Positions 27,274 through 40,669 of a DNA stretch of 51,467 bases are shown piece after piece. The notes below the pieces were generated by a model. That model was given only the letters and a program-made list of their open reading frames with translations. It ran no database searches and was not told the DNA's origin. A program made the position numbers and the translations under genes. Source of the DNA: an uncultured Gammaproteobacteria bacterium (GTDB lineage: Bacteria; Pseudomonadota; Gammaproteobacteria; Magnimaribacterales; D2472); NCBI GenBank assembly GCA_964444385.1, contig CAYUHD010000004.1, forward strand, positions 1 through 51,467, given 5' to 3'. Numbering within the stretch: the first letter of the stretch is position 1; the number at the start of each line of letters is the position of its first letter.

Positions 27274-27906
27274 TTAAGGATTAGTTTGGGTTTTTATTCT
27301 TGAAATCTGTAATTGCATGTCTTGAAGCATCTCATTATTTTGTTTTCTATATGAATCAAATGCTTGAACGGTTTCCTCAAGCAATAAAACACTCTTATTT
27401 AATTCAGCTATTTTATTTAGAGTTACAAGATTTTTCTGATTTGCTTGTGAAAGCTCATCAAGCATAATTTTTAATTTTTTAGATTGATTTTTAATTGCAT
27501 TAATATTTTTTTGATCATTTGTTTGAGTCATCGCTATTTCTTTGAGAGCTATGGAATGTTTGCTAATGTCTTTTGTGAGCTTTGCAATATTTGCTTTATT
27601 TCGTTTATTGCTTAAATCCCATAATTTCCTTATCTCTTTATCAAGAAATTGAAGTTGAGAATTAATATCTGATAAAAAATCAGTAGAGGTTGAGTCAGCT
27701 AATTGAAGTTGCTCCTCTAAAATAGAGAGTCTTGATTCAACTTTAAAATTTATATCACTAGAAGCTTTAGATAGCTCACTTACCCACAAAGAGAGAGCAA
27801 GAATGCCAATCAATAAAAGAACAAAAACAACTCCTAGAAATAAACCGCTTGTGTTTTTACTAATATCAGAATCCTCTTCTTTTGTTGCTGAAATTTTCAT
27901 TGCCAT
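27274..27906 (-). CDS. Hypothetical single-TM coiled-coil protein
   Basis: One hydrophobic N-terminal helix followed by heptad-rich sequence containing DKEIRKLWD. Confidence 0.65.
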   Translation of the reverse strand: MAMKISATKEEDSDISKNTSGLFLGVVFVLLLIGILALSLWVSELSKASSDINFKVESRLSILEEQLQLADSTSTDFLSDINSQLQFLDKEIRKLWDLSNKRNKANIAKLTKDISKHSIALKEIAMTQTNDQKNINAIKNQSKKLKIMLDELSQANQKNLVTLNKIAELNKSVLLLEETVQAFDSYRKQNNEMLQDMQLQISRIKTQTNP

Positions 27907-28001
27907 AATTTGTGAGATTTGGTTTGTTAAATTGTATTTAATAATATGTTCTAATAAGGCATTAAATTATAAGCCTTAACTTAAAACTATATAACAATAT
28001 T

Positions 28002-29123
28002 ATGAATTTAGATTTCTCTGATGATCAAAAATATCTTCAAGATGAAGCCAGAAAGTTCTTTGATAAAGAAGGCGGTCTTTCAAATGCACGAAATGTTATG
28101 GACAACTCAACGGAAGCTGATTTAGAGCTCTGGCAGAAAATTATTGAGCTTGGCTGGACCGGTATTAGAGTTCCTGAAGCATACGAGGGCCTTGGCCTTG
28201 GTCATTTAGAGCTTTGTGTGATCGCTGAAGAACTTGGAAGATCTCTTGCACCTGTTCCCTTCTCCTCATCTGTTTATTTTTTCACTGAGGCCCTTATTAA
28301 GTATGCCGATGAAGAAATTAAGTCTGATTTACTGCCGAAATTAGTTACAGGAGAAATTGTAGGAACCTATGGAATTGCTGAAGATATGCATCAAGCAACT
28401 GAAGCAAATCTAAATGTTTCTGCTACACCTGACAAAGTCAACGGCATAAAAATTGCTGTTCCTGATGCTGGAATGGCTTCTCAAATGATTGTGGTAGTTA
28501 AATCCAGTGCGGGAACTGACCTGAGGTTGATTGATCTAAATGATCCGTCAGTCACTGTCACACCTCAAAAAAATCTTGATACCTCTAGAGCATTTTTTAA
28601 GGTTGAATTTAAGGATACTCCATCTAAGCTTCTTGGTAAATCTGGGGAGGGTTGGTTATATATTCAGCATCTGCTTGATCAAGCGGCTGTTTTATTTGCC
28701 TTCGAGCAAGTTGGAGGATCACAAGCTGCTCTTGACATGGCTAAAGCCTACTCTATGGAAAGATTTGCTTTTGGTAGACAGATAGGATCCTATCAAGCCA
28801 TTAAACATAAACTTGCTGACATGTATATTTCAGTAACACTTGCCAAATCAAATTGCTATTATGGAGCATGGGCATTATCTTCAGAATCCTCTGAACTTCC
28901 TCTTGCTGCTGCTACATCAAGGGTAAGTGCCACTAAAGCATTTCAACTATGCTCAAAAGAAAATATTCAAACTCATGGTGGTAACGGCTTCACATGGGAA
29001 TATGATTGTCATCTATTTTATAAACGTTCCAAAGTTCTTTCTGTCCTTCTTGGATCAGAAGCTACTTGGAAAGAAAGATTGGTCACTAGCTTAGAAAAAA
29101 CTAACACTTTAACAAAGGGATAA
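28002..29123 (+). CDS. Acyl-CoA dehydrogenase, small-subunit type
   Basis: EELGR, RFAFGRQIGSYQAIKHKLADM, QTHGGNGFTWE; the TEPxAGSD motif is degenerate. Confidence 0.88.
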   Translation: MNLDFSDDQKYLQDEARKFFDKEGGLSNARNVMDNSTEADLELWQKIIELGWTGIRVPEAYEGLGLGHLELCVIAEELGRSLAPVPFSSSVYFFTEALIKYADEEIKSDLLPKLVTGEIVGTYGIAEDMHQATEANLNVSATPDKVNGIKIAVPDAGMASQMIVVVKSSAGTDLRLIDLNDPSVTVTPQKNLDTSRAFFKVEFKDTPSKLLGKSGEGWLYIQHLLDQAAVLFAFEQVGGSQAALDMAKAYSMERFAFGRQIGSYQAIKHKLADMYISVTLAKSNCYYGAWALSSESSELPLAAATSRVSATKAFQLCSKENIQTHGGNGFTWEYDCHLFYKRSKVLSVLLGSEATWKERLVTSLEKTNTLTKG

Positions 29124-29126
29124 ATT

Positions 29127-30359
29127 ATGGATTTCAACGATACACCAGAACAAGCTAACTTTAGAGCTAGATGCAGAGAATGGCTAGAAGTTAATGCAGA
29201 GTTAAAAGAAAATAAAAGTGGCGGGTATGCTGATTCCTCCTTAGAAGATCATTTAAAAGTTGCAAAAACATGGCAGCAAAAAAAATATGAAGCTGGATGG
29301 GCAATGCTTCATTGGCCAAAAGAATATGGTGGCATTGAAGCATCTCCTATTGAAAGAATTATTTGGGGGCAAGAGGAGGCAAAATTTAATGTTCCTGGAG
29401 GAATTTTTGAAATTGGATTGGGAATGTGTGGCCCTGTCATGATGCAATATGGATCTGAAGAGCAAAAAGATAGATATTTAGCCCCAATGGCTGAAGGAAA
29501 AGAAATTTGGTGCCAGCTCTTCTCAGAGCCTGCGGCTGGCTCAGATGTTGCTGGTCTAAGAAGCAAAGCCGAAAGAGACGGCGATGACTGGATTATAAAT
29601 GGTCAAAAAGTTTGGACTTCTGGAGCTCACTATTCAGATTTTGGTATTTTAGTTGTTCGTCATGATCCAGATGTTGCAAAACATAAAGGATTAACTTTCT
29701 TTTTTGTTGATATGAAATCTCCGGGCATCACTGTAAAGCCAATTAAACAAATTACCGGGCAGGCTGGGAGTGGAGCTGGTTTTAATGAAGTTTACTTTGA
29801 CGATGTTCGCATTCCAGATTCACAAAGACTTGGAGAAATTGGAGATGGGTGGAAAGTAGCCATCACAACACTAATGAATGAAAGATTGGCTGTAGGGGAT
29901 GCAAGAGGTTCAGATATAGAAGAAGCTCTTATTCTTTCTAAAACTAAAGATGATGCTGGTGAAGCTTTGATTAAAAATAATTCTGTGCGAGAAAAACTCG
30001 CAGACTGGTTTTGCGAAGCTAACGGCCTTAAATATACAAAATTCAGAACAATCTCTGCCCTTTCAAAAGGTGAAGCTCCTGGGCCAGAAGCATCTATCAC
30101 CAAGATAGTTAGTGCAAATAAACTTCAAGCAATTGGAAACTTTGGAATTGATTCTGGTGACATGGCTGGCATGCTAATTGATGAGAACGAAGGAGTGAGC
30201 TCATTTCAAGGTGCTTGGCTAGGTGCTCCAGGGCTAAGGATAGCCGGTGGAACAGATGAGATTCTTAGAAACGTTATAGCTGAAAGAGTGCTAGGTTTAC
30301 CTCAAGACCCAAGAGCTGATAAAGGTATAGCATTTAAAGATATACCTACTAAGGCCTAA
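29127..30359 (+). CDS. Acyl-CoA dehydrogenase, large/catalytic-subunit type
   Basis: WCQLFSEPAAGSD, NGQKVWTS, FNEVYFD, MNER, IAGGTDEILRN. Confidence 0.9.
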   Translation: MDFNDTPEQANFRARCREWLEVNAELKENKSGGYADSSLEDHLKVAKTWQQKKYEAGWAMLHWPKEYGGIEASPIERIIWGQEEAKFNVPGGIFEIGLGMCGPVMMQYGSEEQKDRYLAPMAEGKEIWCQLFSEPAAGSDVAGLRSKAERDGDDWIINGQKVWTSGAHYSDFGILVVRHDPDVAKHKGLTFFFVDMKSPGITVKPIKQITGQAGSGAGFNEVYFDDVRIPDSQRLGEIGDGWKVAITTLMNERLAVGDARGSDIEEALILSKTKDDAGEALIKNNSVREKLADWFCEANGLKYTKFRTISALSKGEAPGPEASITKIVSANKLQAIGNFGIDSGDMAGMLIDENEGVSSFQGAWLGAPGLRIAGGTDEILRNVIAERVLGLPQDPRADKGIAFKDIPTKA

Positions 30360-32067
30360 AATTTGTCAATAATTTAAGGAACTGCACGCCCTTATCAACG
30401 ATTATGGTGCCATTAGCAATTTCCATTATTGGATTTTTTAATCCTGCTAGGACTTGTTTTAAAGTTTGCTCATCTGTTTGAATATTCATAGAGCATTTTA
30501 AAGGCAAGCTATCTTTAATTTGAGCTATCTGATTTCTTAAAATCATAGCTTTTGTCAAACCTGAAGAGAATTCAAAGCAGGCGGTAATTATCTTGGTTGC
30601 ATCAACTTTCTCTGGGTTGAGATTAACTTTTAAAACATCAAAGAACATATCCATAGGAATCTGATCAAGCATAGAGGCTTCCGGAGGGATAATATTTACT
30701 GCATCTTGGTTCCCTAAGAGTCTTTGAGCTTCACTTAGAAAATAATTTCTCTTGTTAGGGTTCGAAGCCATGGTTCCAAGGTAAAGAGCAGCTTCCGACC
30801 TATACTTGTTTACCTCTCTTGAACGATGATCCATTGCTAATAAAAGATCTGATAACTCTAAAGCCCACTGCATCTCCTCGTTTGTAATAGCATTTTCAAA
30901 CTCACTAAATAACTCCTCAGGACCACCAACCATATTGGAAATAAAATTAGCTCTTTTTAAGGTAGAAGTTGGGTCAAGTTCTGAAATATTTCCTGAAAAC
31001 CAGCCTAAATAACCATTAAAAATACTTTTAACTGACCAGCGCACAGTGCCATAAAATTCTTGCAAATAAGGTGAAGAAGCAATCGCCTCAGGCAACTCTA
31101 TATTTTCAATAATTTCTTCTGGATGCATGCCTTGATTCATAAGTCTTATCGTTTGATCATGGATAAATTGAATACCGTCACGATAATCCATCAATGTCTC
31201 AACAGCTGCATCACCAAAAAAAGGCAATGTATGACTTGGAAAAATATTTTTTGGCTCCAAAGCTACCATTTTATCAAGACTGTTTACCCATGCATTCACA
31301 TCTCTATGAGAGGTTCCCCTAATGGTATATAGATTAGGAAAAGTTTTATAAATATTGTCTCCTGGAAATAGTGCTTGATATTCAGGAAGCCAAACAAAAA
31401 TCTGATCATCGGTTTCTCCGGGTGCGTGAAAGAATTCAAATTTAATTCCAGCAATGTTTAACTTTAATTCATCTTCAAATGTAACGTTTGGCTTAATGTA
31501 GCCTGGAGCGCTCCTGCCAACGCTTAAATAAGGTCCAATTCCAACATTTACCACCTCATCTTCGGGAAGCGTAGTTCCAAACATTTTTGAAGAACGTGAA
31601 GAAATTATCGGGTTCAAAATACCAAAGATTTTCTCAACAGATTTTGCAGTTGAATCATGAGCTATAACTAACGGAGCATCCTCTTGCTGATCAGCAAAAT
31701 ACTTTGCCCCTAAGGTATGGTCACCATGATTATGGGTATAAATAATTGCAGCTATGGGATTTGAATTGATGGTATAAAACTTTTCATAAACTTTTTCAGC
31801 CTGAAAAACACTATCTGTTACATCAATGATGACATTGAATTTATCGCCTTCAATCAAATAGGAGTTAGCAATTCCATAACCTACTGCAGCATGAATACCA
31901 TCCTCATAAGAATATATATTTTGAACAAATTCCTCAGAGTGTTTAAAAAGCATTTCAACTTCTGAGGTTGTTTCAGTTTGAGGTATGGATATTGATTCAG
32001 TTTTAGAGCAACTAAAAAAAAGAATGCATATAATAGATAATTGTAGAAAGGTACTAATTTTTTTCAT
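30349..32067 (-). CDS. Alkyl/aryl sulfatase (SdsA1/BDS1-like metallo-beta-lactamase fold with dimerisation and SCP2-like domains)
   Basis: Lipobox FFSC, YTHNHGDH, APGETDD, FPNLYTIRG, PSH, YLGWFSGN. RBS AGGAG. Confidence 0.88.
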   Translation of the reverse strand: MKKISTFLQLSIICILFFSCSKTESISIPQTETTSEVEMLFKHSEEFVQNIYSYEDGIHAAVGYGIANSYLIEGDKFNVIIDVTDSVFQAEKVYEKFYTINSNPIAAIIYTHNHGDHTLGAKYFADQQEDAPLVIAHDSTAKSVEKIFGILNPIISSRSSKMFGTTLPEDEVVNVGIGPYLSVGRSAPGYIKPNVTFEDELKLNIAGIKFEFFHAPGETDDQIFVWLPEYQALFPGDNIYKTFPNLYTIRGTSHRDVNAWVNSLDKMVALEPKNIFPSHTLPFFGDAAVETLMDYRDGIQFIHDQTIRLMNQGMHPEEIIENIELPEAIASSPYLQEFYGTVRWSVKSIFNGYLGWFSGNISELDPTSTLKRANFISNMVGGPEELFSEFENAITNEEMQWALELSDLLLAMDHRSREVNKYRSEAALYLGTMASNPNKRNYFLSEAQRLLGNQDAVNIIPPEASMLDQIPMDMFFDVLKVNLNPEKVDATKIITACFEFSSGLTKAMILRNQIAQIKDSLPLKCSMNIQTDEQTLKQVLAGLKNPIMEIANGTIIVDKGVQFLKLLTNFRP

Positions 32068-32080
32068 AAGCTACTCCTAA

Positions 32081-33907
32081 ATGCCAATTCATCATAGCTG
32101 TTTTAAAAACCCATTTGAAGAAAAACGCCAACATGTTCAATGGGAAAATAATTCTCCTTACTCACATGAGTATCAAGATAGGTTTTTTCAGGAGGATGCC
32201 CTTGAAGAAATTAATAATATATTCATTAAACCTAATAAGCTCTTAGAAAGAATTAAAAACAGCTCTCAAATTCATATTTGTGAACTTGGATTTGGATTTG
32301 GTCTAAATTTTTTTGTTACTGCAAAATTTTGGATCGAAAATAATCAAGCTACAGAAATATATAACCTTGAGTATCTTTCTATCGACGAAGCTTTGCCTAC
32401 TAAAGAGCAACTGCTGAGGGTAATACAAAATTTTCCCGACCTTAAAGATATATGTGATTACTTTATAGAAAAATATAATCACAATCATAATGACATACAA
32501 AGGATCTATTTCCCTAAACTTAAAATCCGACTCACGCTTATTCAAAATGATGTTGAATCAGGATTAAAAAATTTACTGGGATTTAAAAATAACCAAATTG
32601 ATGCTTGGTATCTTGATGGATTTGACCCAAGTAAGAACAGCTCAATGTGGAGCAACTCTGTTTTTGAAAATATAGGATTCCTTTCTAGAAAAGATACAAC
32701 TTTTGGAACCTTTACTGCGGCAGGTTTTGTTAAAAGAGGATTATCAAAATTTGGTTTTGAGGTAAACAAAGTAAAAGGTTTTGGAAACAAACGTCATAAG
32801 CTTGTCGGAAAGAAATCATTGGATATTCTCAAAACTAACATCATCCCAAATAATAGAAAAAAAATAGGTGTTATTGGATGCGGGATATCAGCTAGCTCCA
32901 TAGCCTATGCAGCCGCTCAAAATGGCTATCAGGAAGAAATTTTTGAGTATGCTAATGAGATTGCAGCCGGCGCTTCAGGAATCCCTGTAGCTGCAATGTA
33001 TCCAAGGTTTTCAACAAATGATTCGCCATATTCTTTTTTAACTGCTCAGAGCTATTTCTTTGCAGAAAAAATATATTCACAGATGCCTAATGCCTACAAG
33101 AAAACTGGTCTGTTGTTTTCTCACTCAAATGATTATCAAGCTGATTGGATTAAAGATATGAAAGGCATGAATCGAGATGATCTCTTTCGGCTCCTAGATA
33201 AGAAAGAAATGAAAAAATTATATGGATTAAAGTCTAATGGTCTTTTGGTTAAACAAGGTGGTTATCTTTTTCCGAAATTAATTTGCCAAGAAATGATAAC
33301 TCACCCAAACATAAAAATTTTCTATAACCATTGTTTCGATAGTTGGCACAAAATCAAATCTAAGATTGCTATTGAATTTTTAAATCAAGAAAAAAAATGT
33401 GACTTTGATGATTTAGTTATTGCCAATGGCGCAGGATTGGGAAAATATTTACCTGGAGTTAAAATTTCAAAAGGTCAGCTAGTTGGTTTGAAAGGTGATC
33501 AAATATTAAACTTGGATCTTCCTCTAAATTCAGCTGGATACATCTTGCCTAAGATAAATGATATAACTTGGATTGGCTCTACTCATGAAAGGGAGTTTGA
33601 AAACATTGATATCTCTTATGAAGCTGGGCATGAACTTATTGCTAGAACCGAAAAGAATTTTAATATCGATCTTGTTGGCTCAGAGGATATGTTGATGGAA
33701 GCTCGCATTAGGGTAGGAAGCAAGGACAGATTGCCATTAGCAGGGAAAATTGAAGAGAATGTTTATGTAATAGGAGCACTTGGCTCTAGAGGTTTTAGTT
33801 TAGGTCCAATGCTAGGAGATTATATTGCTTCTTTAATCAACAATTCGCCAAATCCCTTATCCTCTGGAATTGCTTTGGCTATTGAGCCATTAAGGTTTAG
33901 AGATTAA
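32081..33907 (+). CDS. mnmC: Bifunctional tRNA mnm5s2U34 methyltransferase/FAD-dependent oxidoreductase
   Basis: ELGFGFGLNF, AWYLDGFDPSKN..MW, TFTAAGFVKRGL, GFGNKR, IGCGISA, GALGSRG. Confidence 0.92.
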   Translation: MPIHHSCFKNPFEEKRQHVQWENNSPYSHEYQDRFFQEDALEEINNIFIKPNKLLERIKNSSQIHICELGFGFGLNFFVTAKFWIENNQATEIYNLEYLSIDEALPTKEQLLRVIQNFPDLKDICDYFIEKYNHNHNDIQRIYFPKLKIRLTLIQNDVESGLKNLLGFKNNQIDAWYLDGFDPSKNSSMWSNSVFENIGFLSRKDTTFGTFTAAGFVKRGLSKFGFEVNKVKGFGNKRHKLVGKKSLDILKTNIIPNNRKKIGVIGCGISASSIAYAAAQNGYQEEIFEYANEIAAGASGIPVAAMYPRFSTNDSPYSFLTAQSYFFAEKIYSQMPNAYKKTGLLFSHSNDYQADWIKDMKGMNRDDLFRLLDKKEMKKLYGLKSNGLLVKQGGYLFPKLICQEMITHPNIKIFYNHCFDSWHKIKSKIAIEFLNQEKKCDFDDLVIANGAGLGKYLPGVKISKGQLVGLKGDQILNLDLPLNSAGYILPKINDITWIGSTHEREFENIDISYEAGHELIARTEKNFNIDLVGSEDMLMEARIRVGSKDRLPLAGKIEENVYVIGALGSRGFSLGPMLGDYIASLINNSPNPLSSGIALAIEPLRFRD

Positions 33908-34412
33908 TCAGCAAATTCTCTACCAACATCTCTGCTGATGGAAGATCGGCTGGAGCATAACTTGAACCTTTTCGCCATTTGGTTAATCCAGTCCAAAGAG
34001 TCTTATCTAATTCCTCATCTCTTACAGAGATGCGCAGAAAAAATTCAGGAACCGAATTAATTCTATCAGGCTCGTATAGATAACTTCTATACATTGGATA
34101 GCCATAGAAGCGAAAATCATCATATTTAATCTTCTCTTTGGTTGTAACGCTTACATCAATAATTAAAGAGGCATCTAGGGAATATTGATGCCCTACTCCA
34201 ACCAAATATTCCTTTGCTGCATCTCCCAGATTTTCAATTAAAATTGGGTCCATTTCTACCGGCAATAAGTCTTTATTCAATTGAATTTTAAAACTAGTCC
34301 CGTCTTCCAATTGAAAATTATTTCGACTATTTAACTCGGTAAATGGTGTGGAGGTACAGCTTGGTAGTAAAACTAAAAAACTAAATATAAAAAAGTGCTT
34401 TTTAAGTGTCAT
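33897..34412 (-). CDS. Lipoprotein, DUF4136-like
   Basis: Lipobox LLPSC after MTLKK, Tyr/Gly-rich loop, C-terminal LWTG motif. Start could be as far upstream as 34454. Confidence 0.6.
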   Translation of the reverse strand: MTLKKHFFIFSFLVLLPSCTSTPFTELNSRNNFQLEDGTSFKIQLNKDLLPVEMDPILIENLGDAAKEYLVGVGHQYSLDASLIIDVSVTTKEKIKYDDFRFYGYPMYRSYLYEPDRINSVPEFFLRISVRDEELDKTLWTGLTKWRKGSSYAPADLPSAEMLVENLLINL

Positions 34413-34472
34413 AGGTAATAGTAATCTCTCAGTAATATGACTAATATAATGCATTTATTGAATTTATAAACC

Positions 34473-37313
34473 ATGTTTGAACTAAAAGAATCTAAAAAAA
34501 TAGAATTATTAGATGTTAATGCTCAGATTTACAAGCATTCAAAATTTAACACTCAACATATACATTTAGATGCAGATAACGATGAAAAAGTTTTCATGGT
34601 TGCATTTCGAACTATTCCAGAGGATTCTACTGGAGTAGCACATATCTTAGAACATACATCCTTATGTGGTTCAAAGAAATATCCGGTGCGTGATCCTTTT
34701 TTTATGATGATCAGGCGTTCACTTAACTCTTTTATGAATGCATTTACTTCTAGTGATTGGACTGCTTACCCCTTTGCAACCCAAAATAATAAAGATTTTA
34801 GTAATTTATTAGATGTGTATGTTGATTCAGCATTCTTTCCAAGGCTAGATCCTCTTGATTTTTTACAGGAAGGGCATCGACTAGAAATTGATGGCGATAA
34901 TAAACTGGAAATTAAAGGGGTTGTCTTTAATGAGATGAAAGGGGCAATGAGCTCTCCAACAGATCAGCTATGGCACGGTATGTCCAAGCATCTATTTAAA
35001 GAAACAACTTATCATCACAATAGTGGTGGTGACCCAGAAAAAATTATTGATTTAACTCACTCTGATTTAGTTGCCTTTCATCAAAAGCATTATCATCCAA
35101 GCAATGCAACTTTTTTTACTTTTGGAAATGTGTCAATTGAAGAAGTCCACAGTCATTTAGAAGAAAATGTTTTTAAAAAATTTACTCCTTCTTCAAAACA
35201 ACTAACTATTAAACCAGCAAAAGTATTTTCAAGTCCACTTCAGGCTAGCGGAACATATCAACCACTTCCGGGAGATGAAAAAAATAATCATGTTGTCATA
35301 AGCTGGTTGTTAGGTGATAGCCATGACCCACTAAATTTATTAGAAAAGTATTTTTTATCAAATATTCTACTTGATAACTCAGCTTCACCTCTAAGGAAAG
35401 CTTTAGAGCTCTCAAAATTAGGTAAATCCCCTTCCCCATTTATGGGAATTGAGCCAAGTAATAAAGAAATTGTTTTTATGGCTGGCTTGGAGGGGGTTGG
35501 CCAAGATAAGGCATTAGAGGTCGAAGAGTTAATCCTAACCACGCTTGAGAGCCTTGTCTCTGATGGGGTATCAGAAGATTTGGTGACTGCTTCTCTTCAC
35601 CAATTGGAGATTGGCCAAAGAGAGGTCTCAGGCGGAGGAATGCCATATGGATTGCAATTAATGCTGGGATGCATGAATGCTTGTATACATCATGATAATC
35701 CTATTTCAATGTTAGATTTAGATGGAAACTTCACAAAACTAAAAAATTTAATATCTAAAAAGGGATATATAGAAGATTTAATATCAACTAGCTTGCTGCA
35801 GAATCAACATAGGCTTAACTATGAATTAAAGCCTGATACAAAATTTAATGAGAACTTAGAAAATTTCTTCTCATCAACCTTAAGAAGAAAAGGAGAGTCA
35901 CTGACTGACAGAGAAAAAGATGAAATAAATGACCTCGCAAAAGCTTTAAAAAATAGGCAAGAAGCTGTCGATGATGTTGAAATTCTTCCCAAAGTAACAA
36001 TTGAAGACATACCACTTAAACGTGAATATACCCATGAATCTTTTGCTAATAATAATAGATCAATTTATGAGGTAGGTACCAATGGTCTAATGTACTCAGA
36101 TTTTTTGTTTCCTTGCAAAAATCTTACCTCCCAAGAATTACTATTTTCATCTTTATATACATTTATCCTAACTGAAGTAGGTCTTCAAGAAAGTTCATAT
36201 GAAGAAATTCAAGCTCTTCAATCAAGTCTTACAGGCGGGATGAATGCTTCTTTCAAGCTACAAACAAATAATATTGATGAGCCAGGAAAATTATTCCTTA
36301 CTATCTCTTCAAAATCTTTAGAAGGAAATTTTGATGCGATGGAAAAACTAATTTGTAATACCTTGGAAAAGGCAAGATTTGATGAAAAAAATAGAATTTG
36401 GGATTTGTTTAATATTTTTATCGCTAGGAATGAAGAATCATTAAATAAAAATGGCCACCTTTTGGCTATGAGCTCAGCAGCCAGCAGCTTAAATAAATTT
36501 TCTGCAACATCCTTTCAAATGTCAGGGCTGGAAATGCTCCATCAATCCAAAGCAGCAATTGCAACAATCAAGGATGTAACCGATGCTAATGAGTTAATAC
36601 ATAAATTAAAAAATATTCATTTAAAAATTATAGCTAATCCATTTAAAATCTTTACCGCATGCTCTCCAAAGGCATTGAAAGATAAATCCGTAGAATTTAA
36701 AAAAATTGAATTTGATGGTAAGCAAAATCTCATAGAGCCAATTAATGATGAGATTGCCTGGATCACTGGATCACAGGTATGTTATTGCGCTGAAGCATTT
36801 CAAGGCGTTTCTAGGGAAGATCCTGATGCACCTGCTCTTTCTGTCTTAGCTGTTGTTTTAAGAAATGGTTTTTTGCATACAGCCATTCGCGAAAAAGGAG
36901 GAGCCTATGGCGCAGGCGCAACCAATGACACCTCTACCAATACTTTTAAACTCTTTTCTTATAGGGATCCTAAATGTACAGAAACATTTTCTGCATTTAA
37001 AGATGCTATTAAATGGTCTAAAACATCAATCACTGAACAGCATTTAGAAGAAGCAATCTTAGGTGTTGTATCATCCATTGATAAGCCTCTTTCACCTGTT
37101 GGTGAGGCTAAGAATGATTTTAATCTCAATCTTGAGGGTATCTCAACCAGCAAGCGACTGGAAATGAGGCAAGGGGTTATTAATTGCTCAATTGAAGACT
37201 TAATCAGGGTGAGTAAAAAATACCTAACGAAAAACTCTAAAAAATCTATCCTTGCCGGAGAAACATATAAAGAAGAAGCCATCAAACTTGGCCTGACTTT
37301 AAAAGAAGTTTAA
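34473..37313 (+). CDS. M16C zinc metallopeptidase (presequence protease PreP/Cym1-like)
   Basis: Inverted zinc motif HILEH, KYPVRDPFF, FMNAFT, GVVFNEMKG, IREKGGAYG, SYRDP. Confidence 0.92.
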   Translation: MFELKESKKIELLDVNAQIYKHSKFNTQHIHLDADNDEKVFMVAFRTIPEDSTGVAHILEHTSLCGSKKYPVRDPFFMMIRRSLNSFMNAFTSSDWTAYPFATQNNKDFSNLLDVYVDSAFFPRLDPLDFLQEGHRLEIDGDNKLEIKGVVFNEMKGAMSSPTDQLWHGMSKHLFKETTYHHNSGGDPEKIIDLTHSDLVAFHQKHYHPSNATFFTFGNVSIEEVHSHLEENVFKKFTPSSKQLTIKPAKVFSSPLQASGTYQPLPGDEKNNHVVISWLLGDSHDPLNLLEKYFLSNILLDNSASPLRKALELSKLGKSPSPFMGIEPSNKEIVFMAGLEGVGQDKALEVEELILTTLESLVSDGVSEDLVTASLHQLEIGQREVSGGGMPYGLQLMLGCMNACIHHDNPISMLDLDGNFTKLKNLISKKGYIEDLISTSLLQNQHRLNYELKPDTKFNENLENFFSSTLRRKGESLTDREKDEINDLAKALKNRQEAVDDVEILPKVTIEDIPLKREYTHESFANNNRSIYEVGTNGLMYSDFLFPCKNLTSQELLFSSLYTFILTEVGLQESSYEEIQALQSSLTGGMNASFKLQTNNIDEPGKLFLTISSKSLEGNFDAMEKLICNTLEKARFDEKNRIWDLFNIFIARNEESLNKNGHLLAMSSAASSLNKFSATSFQMSGLEMLHQSKAAIATIKDVTDANELIHKLKNIHLKIIANPFKIFTACSPKALKDKSVEFKKIEFDGKQNLIEPINDEIAWITGSQVCYCAEAFQGVSREDPDAPALSVLAVVLRNGFLHTAIREKGGAYGAGATNDTSTNTFKLFSYRDPKCTETFSAFKDAIKWSKTSITEQHLEEAILGVVSSIDKPLSPVGEAKNDFNLNLEGISTSKRLEMRQGVINCSIEDLIRVSKKYLTKNSKKSILAGETYKEEAIKLGLTLKEV

Positions 37314-37315
37314 TC

Positions 37316-40668
<3,353 letters not shown>

Positions 40669-40669
40669 C

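Noticed and set aside
27955-27978. TAAGGC-N12-GCCTTA inverted repeat upstream of the ACAD pair
   Set aside because: Only 6-bp arms with no second copy seen; too weak to call.
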